NCBI GenBank assembly: GCA_963727505.1
Contig: CAVSGP010000002.1
Span: forward strand, 271,562 to 335,561
Length of the DNA stretch: 64,000 bases
Direction of reading: 5' to 3'
Origin: an uncultured Trueperaceae bacterium
Lineage (GTDB): Bacteria > Deinococcota > Deinococci > Deinococcales > Trueperaceae
The notes under the pieces: generated by a model
What the model saw: the letters and a program-made list of their open reading frames with translations, nothing else
What the model was told of the DNA's origin: nothing
Databases searched by the model: none
Shown: in pieces, positions 21,805 through 31,515 of the stretch
Layout of the letters: every line of letters begins with the position of its first letter
How positions within the stretch are numbered: the stretch's first letter is position 1
Translations under genes and position numbers: made by a program

Positions 21805-22815
21805 TCAGCGCAACCTGACGGGGTAGGTCGCCGCGGCGTCGTTCTGCGGTAGATCCGAGGGGTTGTCGCGCCTGAGCACCAGTGTGGCGGCGACGGGAGC
21901 CTCGATCTGGTAGGGGATCTCCGCCTCGAAGGGCACGAACCCCATCGTCATCCAATCGCCGATCGCCGTCGCCCGGCCTGACGCGATCACGACGCCGTCC
22001 GGACCGATCAACTCGAGCGGGAACGTCGCCTCGAAGAACCAGACGCCGCGCGCCTCGCCGCGCACGTGCAGGGGGCTGGTGGCCGGGTCCGGTACGTCCA
22101 CCCGCACGAAGTCGCTGAGGTCCCCGGATCCTCGGTCCGGCCACACGATGCTCCGGCCGTCGAACGCGACACTGCCGAGGACCTTCCCGAACAGCCCCTC
22201 GACGTGTGCGAGGTCGCCGTCGGTGAAGGCCTTCACCGCGCCGGGCGCGTAGTTCTCGAACCGCGAGAGCCATACGCTGGTCTCGAACTCCCAGCACGCT
22301 CCGCCCGCGCTCAGCCGCAGGAGCTGGCCCGTCGTGTAGCTGCCGGCGGCGCCCTCACCGACGTCACCGAAGCGCGACGTGGCGGGGCCCGTCGGCGCAA
22401 GGTCGTCCGTCGTGTCGAGCGGCATCCGCACGGCCGGCTGCAGCCCCGTCCAACCGCTCGGCTGAGCGAGCAGGCACGAGGTCACGCTCCTGAGGTCCCC
22501 GCGCCGCTTGATCGCCATGCCGGCCGACCTCAGGTTCGTGCCGGCGTACGCGCTCGGGCGCACGTACAGGCAGACGTCGAACCCCTCCCGACAGGCCGTG
22601 GGGCGGTCGCCCGGCGCCAGTTCCCCCGGTGTCCACGCCAGGCCGAGATCTTCGGAGGGAACGATGGTGACGTGCCCACCGGGTAGCGTGAGCGTGGTGA
22701 CGTCGCCGGCTGCGAGGGCGAACGAGGCCGGCGCACCCAGGATCGGCCAGGCCACGACCAGCGCCGCCGCCACCCTTCGGGCCACGGCACGCACAACCCT
22801 CGGCACGTCCGCCAT
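21805..22815 (-). CDS. Exported protein with C-terminal Gmad2-like Ig domain
   Basis: Signal peptide; C-terminal SPLHVRGEARGVWFFEATFP...WMTMGFVPFEA...DNPSDLP pattern. Confidence 0.7.
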   Translation of the reverse strand: MADVPRVVRAVARRVAAALVVAWPILGAPASFALAAGDVTTLTLPGGHVTIVPSEDLGLAWTPGELAPGDRPTACREGFDVCLYVRPSAYAGTNLRSAGMAIKRRGDLRSVTSCLLAQPSGWTGLQPAVRMPLDTTDDLAPTGPATSRFGDVGEGAAGSYTTGQLLRLSAGGACWEFETSVWLSRFENYAPGAVKAFTDGDLAHVEGLFGKVLGSVAFDGRSIVWPDRGSGDLSDFVRVDVPDPATSPLHVRGEARGVWFFEATFPLELIGPDGVVIASGRATAIGDWMTMGFVPFEAEIPYQIEAPVAATLVLRRDNPSDLPQNDAAATYPVRLR

Positions 22816-23032
22816 CGTTCACCCCCTGCGAAGACTCCCCGGCACGACTACCTTCTCCCCTACTCTACGGAGGGCGACCCACCCCAAGGCGGCGTGGCGC
22901 ACGGTGTCGGCGCTCGACCCGCCAGAGGGCCCGCTGGGCGATGCGCGTCGCGAAACGGCTCGTCCGGCATACGCGCGGGCGCCGGGGGTTGTGCCGGCCT
23001 CCGTCGCCTTGCCCGGCATCTAGGACGTCGTG

Positions 23033-24331
23033 TTACGGCGTGCGGATCGGCACATCGGCTGGGGGCGGGCTGAACGCAAAGCCCAAGCCGTCAACGCCAC
23101 CTATACCGGTGACCGTCACGGCGGGCGTGGTCGACACGCTGCCCGACAACGCATCGGGGTTCATGAACTCCAGCAGTTCCGAGGGGTACCCGTTCCCAAC
23201 CCACAGGTTGCCGCTAGCGTCGAAGGCCATCCCCGCAAGCTCGGCGCCGCTGGCGAACGAGGCGCTCGCGATGGTCGCCGCCGGCGTGGGGCTCCCCGAC
23301 GACCCGAGCTGGGCGGCGTCGAAACGCACCACCGTGGCATTGCCGTTGTTCGCAACCCACAGGTTCCCGCTGGCGTCGAAGGCCATCCCCTCGGGCCCGG
23401 ACAGGCTCGGGGTGGCGTTCGCGTTGATGGTCACCGTCGGCGTGGGGCTCCCGCTGGCGGTCAACTGCGATGGCGTGAACTCCACCACCGTGCTGCTGCC
23501 CAAATTGCCGATCCACAAGTCTCCGGACGCATCGAACGCCAGTGCGATCGGCGTCAACAGGCTCGGCGTGGCGTTGGCGCTGAGGACCACGGCCGCGGTT
23601 GCCGCTCCGCTCGTGCTGAGTTGCGCGGGTGTGTACTCCAACACCTGACCGGTATGCGGCGAGGTTGCCCACAGGTCACCCGAGGCATCGAAGGCCAGGC
23701 CTCCCAGGCAGCTGTACGCCGTGGCGTCGATCGTCACCGCTGGCGTGGGCGTGCCCGAACTCGCCAGCTGAGCCGCGTCGTAGCGATAGGCGTAGCCGCC
23801 ACAGTCCGCGACCCACATGTTCCCGGCGTGATCGAAGGCGATGGCTTCACCGCGGGGGGTGCCCCCCATCCCGAGCGTCACGTCAGGTGAGGGTGAGCCG
23901 GAACCCACCAGGCTCACGCTCGGATACGACGCTGCTTCGAGAGAACCGTTCCACTGCGGGACCCACACATGCCCCGAACCGATCCGAACCGCGTAACTGA
24001 CCGCCGTGGACACACTGGCGTTCGACGTCACCGCAAGGGTCGTCGACGACGCGGCGCCGTCGTAAGCCACCGGCACGATTGGGTTCCCTCCCGTGGTGGG
24101 CAACACCGTCACCGAGTACGTTCCTGGCGCCACGCTCAATGTGGTGGTGCTAGTGACGGTCTGCGCGTACCCGCCCGGGCCCGTCACGATCACCTTGCCC
24201 ACGACGCTCGAAGGTAACCCGTTCAGCGTCACCTTCAGGTTCCCCTTCGGAGTCGAGGAAGAACAGGCGGCCAGCGCCACCATCAACAGCAAGGCCAGAA
24301 CCGACAGCGTTGCGACACGAACGCGTCTCAT
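23033..24331 (-). CDS. Lipoprotein with NHL-like/beta-propeller repeats
   Basis: Lipobox LAAC; five repeats of AFD(A/H)xG(N/D)(L/M)W...AQL..SG.PTP.V.I. Confidence 0.8.
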   Translation of the reverse strand: MRRVRVATLSVLALLLMVALAACSSSTPKGNLKVTLNGLPSSVVGKVIVTGPGGYAQTVTSTTTLSVAPGTYSVTVLPTTGGNPIVPVAYDGAASSTTLAVTSNASVSTAVSYAVRIGSGHVWVPQWNGSLEAASYPSVSLVGSGSPSPDVTLGMGGTPRGEAIAFDHAGNMWVADCGGYAYRYDAAQLASSGTPTPAVTIDATAYSCLGGLAFDASGDLWATSPHTGQVLEYTPAQLSTSGAATAAVVLSANATPSLLTPIALAFDASGDLWIGNLGSSTVVEFTPSQLTASGSPTPTVTINANATPSLSGPEGMAFDASGNLWVANNGNATVVRFDAAQLGSSGSPTPAATIASASFASGAELAGMAFDASGNLWVGNGYPSELLEFMNPDALSGSVSTTPAVTVTGIGGVDGLGFAFSPPPADVPIRTP

Positions 24332-24514
24332 GTCAGCCCCCTTTCTGGATGTGCTTACCAACCGAAGTCTAGACCAACGGCGCACACAAGCCAGCAAGAA
24401 GCGTCTCGGGCGATCGGGGTGCCCGGGTGATCGCATGGAGCCCTCGGCCACGACACGCCCAGCCAGGTACCGGGGCGGCGGCCCGAGCTCCAGGCCGTTG
24501 ACCCACCAGGAATC

Positions 24515-24530
24515 TCTGACTAAAGTCAGA
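24515..24530. promoter_or_regulatory. MarR-type operator overlapping a leaderless -10
   Basis: TCTGAC-TAAA-GTCAGA inverted repeat directly before ATG 24532. Confidence 0.65.
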
Positions 24531-24531
24531 T

Positions 24532-25410
24532 ATGGATCGTGGAGCGCTCCAACACGTCCGGAGCTTCAACCGTGCCGTCACGCGGCAGGTCGGCGCCCTC
24601 GAGGAGGCCTTCCTCGGTCGCCCGCGCAGCATCGGCGCCTCCAGGCTGCTGTTCGAGATCGGACCGCACGGCGCCGAGGTGCGCGCGTTGCGCGGCCGCC
24701 TCGGGCTCGACTCGGGCTACCTCAGCCGCCTGCTCAGCTCCTTGGAGGACGAGGGCCTCGTCCGCCTCGGTCAGTCGCAACGGGACGGAAGGATACGCGT
24801 GGCGCGCCTCACCGCCGCCGGCGTACGGGAGCACGAGCTGCTCGATCGGCGATCCGACGCTGCAGCGGAAGCGCAGCTCGGCGCGCTCGACGAGAAGCGT
24901 CGGCAGCACCTGGTGAAGGCGATGCAGACCGTCGAGCGCCTGCTCCGCGCAGGGGCGGTGCAGGTCGGGGTGGCGGACGCCGCCAGCACCGCCGCGCAGA
25001 CGTGCCTGGCCCGCTACTACCGGGAGCTCGCCGAACGCTTCCCTTCGGGATTCGACCCCACGCGCAGCATCCGCACCACTGCCCAGGACATGAATCCCCC
25101 GCTCGGGCGCTTCGTCCTCGCCCGGCTGGACGGGGCTAGCGTCGGTTGCGGTGGCCTGCTCCTCACCGGCGAAGTCCCCTACCTCAAGCGCATGTGGGTG
25201 GATCCCGAAGCGCGGGGCCTCGGCATCGGCAGGCGCATCCTGGCAACGCTCGAGGACCTCGCCCGGGACCACGGCGCGACCCGCGTGCAGCTCGAGACCA
25301 ACGCCTCCCTCACGGAGGCGCTGGCGCTCTACCGCGGCAGCGGGTACCGCGAGGTCGCGCCCTTCAACGCCGAGCCCTACGCACAGCACTGGTTCGAGAA
25401 GGACCTCTGA
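24532..25410 (+). CDS. MarR HTH / GNAT acetyltransferase fusion
   Basis: LGLDSGYLSRLL HTH; KRMWVDPEARGLGIGRR acetyl-CoA motif. Confidence 0.92.
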   Translation: MDRGALQHVRSFNRAVTRQVGALEEAFLGRPRSIGASRLLFEIGPHGAEVRALRGRLGLDSGYLSRLLSSLEDEGLVRLGQSQRDGRIRVARLTAAGVREHELLDRRSDAAAEAQLGALDEKRRQHLVKAMQTVERLLRAGAVQVGVADAASTAAQTCLARYYRELAERFPSGFDPTRSIRTTAQDMNPPLGRFVLARLDGASVGCGGLLLTGEVPYLKRMWVDPEARGLGIGRRILATLEDLARDHGATRVQLETNASLTEALALYRGSGYREVAPFNAEPYAQHWFEKDL

Positions 25411-25582
25411 CGCGCGTGGCCACCACGCTCCCACGGCGGCTCCGAGCGGCCCCGACACGGAGTCGGGTTGCCCCACCGCCCTAGACGCTGGCTAAACGGG
25501 CCTTCCCTAGGCTGACACCGTATCGACGCGGAAGAGGGGTTCGCACCTTCGGCGCGTGCCGCTGCATCTGAAGTGGGATCCC

Positions 25583-25800
25583 ATGCCGTCCCGTCGGTGG
25601 TCCGTTCTCGCCGTTCCCGTTCTCGCCGCTGCCATGGCGCTGACGGCCGGCGTCGTGCTCCAAGCGAACACCTCCGGCGTCGCGCTCTCCAGCACGGCCC
25701 AGACCGACCTGACCGCGGCCAGCTCGCTCACGATGACCGGGGCAGCGTGACGGGCCTGACCGATATCGCTTTCTACGCCGCCGGCGGAGACGTCCCCGAA
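25583..25800 (+). pseudogene. Probable remnant of a secreted protein gene
   Basis: Signal-peptide-like MPSRRWSVLAVPVLAAAMALTAG; stops early, with plausible continuation in another frame (GSVTGLTDIAFYA). Confidence 0.3.
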
Positions 25801-25902
25801 CGGTCCGACCGCCGGCCCGACGGGGCTCCGGCGTGTAGCCCTGCGCGTTGCCCACCGTTAGGTGTGCGCGGAGCGGAGAGGCTCGCCCCATGAGCTACGA
25901 AC

Positions 25903-26445
25903 CTACGCGGGAACGTACGTCAGCCTGAACACGTCCTCACCCACGCGCTCGCCGGCCACCAGGCGCAGCGGCGGGCGCGGCCCGGCGAAGAACGGCTTGC
26001 CCTGCCCGAGCACGAACGGACGGAAGTACAGCCGGTACTCGTCGATGAGACCGAGGTCGGTCAGGCTTCGCGCCAGCTCCGGACCCGCGACCTCGATCTC
26101 CCCGTCGAGTCGCGCCTTCAGGGCACGCATCGCCGGCTCGAGGTCCCCGGAGACCAGCGTGGCGTTCGGACCCACGGACGTGAGCGAACGCGATACGACC
26201 CACTTGGGCTGTCTTCGCCACACCGCCGCGAACGCCCGTTCCGCCTCGTCCCAGTCGGGCCGGTCTTCGTCCCAGTAACGCATCATCTCGTACACCTTGC
26301 GACCGTACACGCTTCCGCTCAGGTCACGCACCCATTCGTAGAAGTGACGGAACAGCTCCGGACCGGGCGCCGGCAACGCCAGCTCACCGGCGGCGTCGAC
26401 GTAGCCATCCAAGGACTGCGACAGTCCGAACACGAACCTGGCCAT
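25903..26445 (-). CDS. Dihydrofolate reductase-like (RibD C-terminal) family protein
   Basis: SLDGYV, YGRKVYEMM, GLIDEYRLY.RPFVLGQGKPFF. Confidence 0.9.
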   Translation of the reverse strand: MARFVFGLSQSLDGYVDAAGELALPAPGPELFRHFYEWVRDLSGSVYGRKVYEMMRYWDEDRPDWDEAERAFAAVWRRQPKWVVSRSLTSVGPNATLVSGDLEPAMRALKARLDGEIEVAGPELARSLTDLGLIDEYRLYFRPFVLGQGKPFFAGPRPPLRLVAGERVGEDVFRLTYVPA

Positions 26446-26819
26446 GGTGCGGCATCTCCTCCCCGGAACCCACTCCGGCATCGTCCGTTCCGTGCCGACA
26501 CGGCACGGGGGACTCGGTCCAGTCTAGGTGCCGCCACGCGATCGCCGGTGCAGCCACCACGCCGAACCTCGGGCCCGGGCCGGACGCCGGACGTGACCGG
26601 CGCGCCCCGGGGCCTGGAGCCCCGGGGCGGACCGATCAGGAATCGAGAAGCGCGGGCCTCCGCCCCACCCCTAGAATGGCGGTCATGGGTCCCGCCCCTC
26701 CAGGGCCGGAGCGAACCCATCGTCGGCCTCCGGCGACGCCTTGGACGAACGGCGCCGAGCCGGACTCCGCTCCGCTCCCCGCCGGCCAGGATGTCGGCGC
26801 ACCCATCAGGAGGTACCTC

Positions 26820-27281
26820 ATGGCCATCACCGTGGACTTCAAGGACGTCTCGACCGTCGGGCTGGAGTCGTCACCGGTCGCGCCCGCACTCGCCGGGTTG
26901 CGCGCGAACGAAGCGCGCTACTACAAGAACAAGTACGACCACGTCTTCACGGTGGAGCCGGCGAGCGACGCCCAGGCGACCGTCGACTGGGTGCACCGGA
27001 TCCTCGAGGAAGAACGCGGCATCGTCATCGCGTCGCGCCCTCTCGAGGCCACCTCCTTCCAGGTCGAGAACCTCCGCATGGCCTACGTGTTCTACGAGAG
27101 CGGCCTCTCGATCAACGTCATGTACAACCTCGACGACCCCAAGAAGCGGGCGGTCGGATTCAAGCTCTCCGACGGCATGGACGTCCCGGAGGAGCTGGGC
27201 TCGTTCAAGTTCGCGCGGCAGAAGTCGAAGCTGGCCGGGACCATCCGTGGGTCGTACTTCGCGTTCAAGACGGAATACTGA
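26820..27281 (+). CDS. Conserved hypothetical protein
   Basis: AGGAGG RBS; 153 aa with strong GC3 bias (MAITVDFKDVSTVGLESSPVA...KRAVGFKLSDG). Confidence 0.8.
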   Translation: MAITVDFKDVSTVGLESSPVAPALAGLRANEARYYKNKYDHVFTVEPASDAQATVDWVHRILEEERGIVIASRPLEATSFQVENLRMAYVFYESGLSINVMYNLDDPKKRAVGFKLSDGMDVPEELGSFKFARQKSKLAGTIRGSYFAFKTEY

Positions 27282-27335
27282 GCGCGGTACCGGGCTCGCG
27301 GGTCGTCGGGCTCGCCGTTGTCCTAGGGTGGAGGC

Positions 27336-28854
27336 ATGAGATTGAACCTGAAGCGCATGACCCTCGCCCTGATCGGAACCTGGACCTTGCTGGCGTTTGC
27401 CCTGGCGCAACCGGCTCCCGACCGGGCCCGCCAAGACGTGGCAGGGAACTGGGAAGGCAAGCTCGTCGTGGGCCAGTCGTCGCTCCGCATCTGGCTCGAG
27501 GTCACGCAGGGCCCGAGCGGCGGGCTGAGCGCCACGCTCTACAGCCTCGACCAGGGCGCAACTCCGATCCCCTGCACCAACGTCAGCCTGCAAGGCGATA
27601 CCTTCCGGTTCGAGGTGCCCGCCGTTTCCGGCACCTTCGTCGGCCAGCTCGACGCGAGCGGCAACACCATCGACGGCACCTGGACGCAAGGCCAGTCCCT
27701 GCCTCTGATGCTCGAGCGGCAACCGCCCGGCGCGAAGCGCCCCGGGGCCAGCAGCACCGCCGCCAACCCCGCCAAACCACCCGTGCCGCTCGACGAGCTC
27801 GGCGCCGCGCTCGACGACGAGTTCCGGCCGGTGATCGGCACGCCGACCCTGAAGGCCTCGGCCGGCGTCGGCATCGTCATCGGCGTCCTCCAGAACGGCC
27901 AACGGCGCATCTTCGCCTACGGCGCAACCAAGCCCGACTCCATCTTCGAGCTCGGGTCCGTCACCAAGTCCTTCACCGGACTGCTCCTCGCCCAGATGGC
28001 GACGCAACACGACGTCACGCTCGACGAACCGGTCCGCGAACTCCTACCGCCCGGCACCGTCGCGAAGCCCGACGGCCCGGAGATCACCCTCCTCGACCTC
28101 GCCACCCAGCACTCCGGCCTCCCGCGCCTACCCGCGAACCTTCGGCCGAACGCGAACCCCACCAACCCCTACGCCGCGTACGGCCCCGAAGACCTGTACG
28201 CCTTCCTGGGTGACCACGGCGTCGCGCTGCCCGCAGCACCCGACGTTCCTCTACAGCAACCTCGGCTACGGCCTGCTCGGCCATGCACTGGCCCTCCGCG
28301 CGAACGCGTCCTACGCGAAGCTGATCGAGAAGGAGATCACCGCGCCTCTGAAGATGACGAGCACGGCCGTGACCCTTCCGGCGAGCGAGCAGTCGCGCCT
28401 CGTCCAGGGCCACGACGCGGCCAACGCCCCCGTGCCTGTCTGGACGTTCGACGCGCTCGCCGGAGCCGGCGCCCTACGCTCCAGCGCAGGCGACCTCCTC
28501 ACCTTCTTGGATGCTCAACTCCACCCCGGCGCCCTCCCGCCCGCACCCCGGAACACGCCGGCGGCAACGCTGAGCGACGCCATCACCATGACCCACACGC
28601 TCAGAGCCGACGGGCCACAAGGCATGAAGGTAGGCATGGGTTGGCTCTACGAGGAAGCCAACGGGACCTACTGGCACGACGGCGGCACCGGCGGCTACAC
28701 ATCGATCGTCGCGTTCCAACCCGCACACGACCGAGCCGTCGTCGTGGTCTACAACCGCGAGGACCTCGGCAGTAGTGCGACCCCCTTCACGCAACGCGTC
28801 GCCGCCAACGTCATCGCACTGCTCTCGGGAACGCCGGCCGGATCGCTGCAGTAG
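27336..28854 (+). CDS. Exported serine hydrolase (AmpC/PBP-like), with one frameshift near 28240
   Basis: SVTK and HSGLPR in the first frame; FLYSNLGY and WHDGGTGG in the next frame; extra C in a CCC run. Confidence 0.82.
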
Positions 28855-29021
28855 CTTGCGCTGCGCCGTTGGCGACGGGAGCTGCTCCGCACCCAGGTCG
28901 TCCGACGGAGCCCCGCTCCCCGAGACGTCCATCCTCGGAATACGAGGGATGGCGCTTGCGGTCATGGCCTGCTATCGTCCGTACAACTTCTCGCCATGCA
29001 CGGTCCCTCAGGAGGTTCGCT

Positions 29022-29627
29022 GTGCCGGACACCACCTGTCACATGTCCATCTCGCTGGACGGCTTCGTCGCCGGGCCCGAGCAGAGCCGGGAGAACCCCC
29101 TAGGAAAGCGAGGGCAGGAACTGCACGGCTGGCACATGGGCGACCCTCGAGCCACCGACGCCGACAAGGTTGCGAACGGATGGCTCATGCGGCCCCGGGG
29201 CGCCTACGTGATGGGGCGCAACATGTTCGGGCCGGTACGCGGCGACTGGGACGAGGACTGGACGGGCTGGTGGGGCGCCGAGCCGCCGTACCACGCGCCG
29301 GTCTACGTGCTGACGCATCATCGCCGCGACCCCATCCAGATGGACGGCGGGACGACCTTCCACTTCGTCACCGAGGGCTTCGACGCGGCCTACTCCGCGG
29401 CGCGCGAGGCCGCCGGGGACCAGGGCGTGGACATCGCCGGCGGCGCCTCGACCGTCCGGCAGGCGCTGGCCGCCGGCGTGATCGACGAGCTCACCCTCGA
29501 CATCGCACCGGTGCTGCTCGGATCCGGCGAGCGCATCTTCGACGGCACGCAAACCTTCGGCTTCGATCCGGTCGAGGCGCTGCACTCGCCACTGGCCACG
29601 CACATCCGGTATCGCCGCGTCAGGTAA
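29022..29627 (+). CDS. Dihydrofolate reductase-like (RibD C-terminal) family protein
   Basis: GGAGG RBS and GTG start; MSISLDGFVAGP, MGRNMF, IAGGAST, PVLLGSGERIF. Confidence 0.9.
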   Translation: MPDTTCHMSISLDGFVAGPEQSRENPLGKRGQELHGWHMGDPRATDADKVANGWLMRPRGAYVMGRNMFGPVRGDWDEDWTGWWGAEPPYHAPVYVLTHHRRDPIQMDGGTTFHFVTEGFDAAYSAAREAAGDQGVDIAGGASTVRQALAAGVIDELTLDIAPVLLGSGERIFDGTQTFGFDPVEALHSPLATHIRYRRVR

Positions 29628-29652
29628 CCCGGCGAACGGCCGGAGACCCTCG

Positions 29653-30077
29653 TGGGTCGAAGCCCAGGCTCCCGGCCTGGGCTTGCAGGTGTCGCCTCGA
29701 GATGGTCATGGAACCTCACCCCACGCCTGCTCGACGATCTCCTCGGGGACGATGAGGTTCCACTCGGATATCAGGCGACCGCCTTCGCGCTGGCCGCGCT
29801 GAAGGTAGTGCGCGTGGTTCGGGCGCATCGCACGCAACGCCGTCAGATGCGCCTCCTCCACCATCAGGGCCTCAGCATGCTGGTCGAGGAAGAAGCCGAC
29901 CTTCGCAGCCGTGGTGGCGTTGTCGAGCAACCGCACGTAGTCGAGCACGACGTCGAGATCGAAGAATTCGACGGCAGCGAGCGAGCGCCAGATCTCCTCC
30001 CAGCTTCCAGATAGGCCTGGACGATCGAGAACGTCCACGAGGGCGCGTTCCAGGCTCGTGACGCGCACCGCACCCAA
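29653..30077 (-). pseudogene. Remnant type IV TA (AbiE) locus: 5'-truncated AbiEi plus the first codons of AbiEii
   Basis: RVTSLERALVDVLDRPGLSGSWEE...KVGFFL...WNLIVP; ATGA-overlapping MTISRRHLQAQAGSLGFDP then lost. Confidence 0.72.
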
Positions 30078-30288
30078 TTAACGAAAGCCGTTCGACGCCG
30101 CCGGCCGCGCAACGAGGGCAGTCTTCCCGCGAACGGCGGGGCCGGTGATAAGCGTGTGGTCCTGTTCCAGAACGCCGTCCCTTCGCCACTCGCGAATCGC
30201 CCGTGCGTTGCGCCTTCTGCGGCCGTGGTCCGCCGGCCCTAGGCCGCGGTGGGATCTGCGACACGCCCGGATGCCGTAGGCTGACCGC

Positions 30289-31217
30289 ATGGCCGAGCGC
30301 GCCGCCGGTCCCATCGCCCCCGGGGACCGCACCACCCTCCTGTGCGTAGGGCACCAACTCGACGTGCTGCACGCCCGGCTCCCGGCGAGCGACGGGGACC
30401 CGACGCTGGACCTGAGCGCCCGCGACCAACGCGCCGTCCCCCACGGACGATCGTTCATCGTCCGCACCGGGCTCTCGCGACACCTCCCCGTCGCCGGCGA
30501 GTGGTTCGAACTGACCGTCGAACGCGCCTGGCGCTTCGGTGGCGGCAACTACCTGAAAGGCGAGGTGACCCGCTGCTGGCTCGACCTGCAAGCGCTCGCC
30601 CTTCCAGCACTCGGCCTGCTCTACGAAGGGCCATGGACCGTCGCCGGCTGGCTCCACGACTCGGGGCTCGAGCCAGACGACCTCGAACCCGCCTACGAGG
30701 CCGTCCTTGCCGCACCCGAACGGCGTCAAGTGGAGATGGAGCGCGTTTCACCCGAACCCCTGACCGGCCTGGAGCTAGAGGAGGACGCGATCCTCGAATC
30801 CATCGCCTGGCGCGACATGGGCGACCCCATGCACGCCGAGAAGCTCCTCAGCGAGCTGCTCCGCCAAGACCTGCGCTGCGTCGACGCCCACGCCCACCTC
30901 GGGAACCTGCACATGGAGGGGTACTGGGGAAGGCCACGGCCGGAGCGCGCACGGCGCCACTACCAGGTCGGCGTCGCGATCGGCGAGAGCACCCTGGCGC
31001 CCGACGGCAGCGACGTCACCCCCAAGGGCCTGATCGACAACCGGCCGTACCTGCGCGCCCTCCACGGCCTCGGCCTGGCCGCCTGGGCACTCGGGGACCG
31101 CGAGGAGGCGGAGCGGCTCTTCGCGCCCTCTTGGCGGGACCCTCCGACGGCATGGGCGCGCGCTTCCTGCTGGAGGACCTGCGACGCGGCGCCCGCTACG
31201 AGGAAGCCGGACCGTGA
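30289..31217 (+). CDS. Hypothetical protein with C-terminal TPR-like helices (frameshift near 31123)
   Basis: DAHAHLGNL...RHYQVGVAIGE...IDNRPYLRALHGLG; the C-terminus PSDGMGARFLL lies in another frame. Confidence 0.65.
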
Positions 31218-31515
31218 CGCGCGGGCGCCGCGAGGGCATGGTCGTGTTCCAGACCCTCGACGACTCGGTCTGCTCGGAGTGCGCGGCCGAGTCGGGCGCG
31301 GGGAGCGGATCCGGACCTCGTGCCGGCGCTACGCGAGCACGACGGCCTGGAGTTGGTCGCGATGAGCTTGCCGCCGGAATCCGGCGACCGGTCCAGAACC
31401 AAGGCCTGCAGGGACCGCTCCGCCCTCCGCGCGGAAGCCTCGTCCCGCGTTCGGCGCACAGACCTGTACTCTCACAGCCTTGTAATTACGTTTCCATGTA
31501 ACTATACTTACAGGC

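Noticed and set aside
24400..24450. GGGCACC-containing hairpin upstream of the repeat lipoprotein, resembling part of a c-di-GMP-II aptamer
   Set aside because: Lacks the AGTNNTGCAACCG segment and P1 closure
26820..27281. Prophage interpretation from a remembered 'phage tail' label
   Set aside because: No capsid, terminase, portal or other phage genes anywhere in the window
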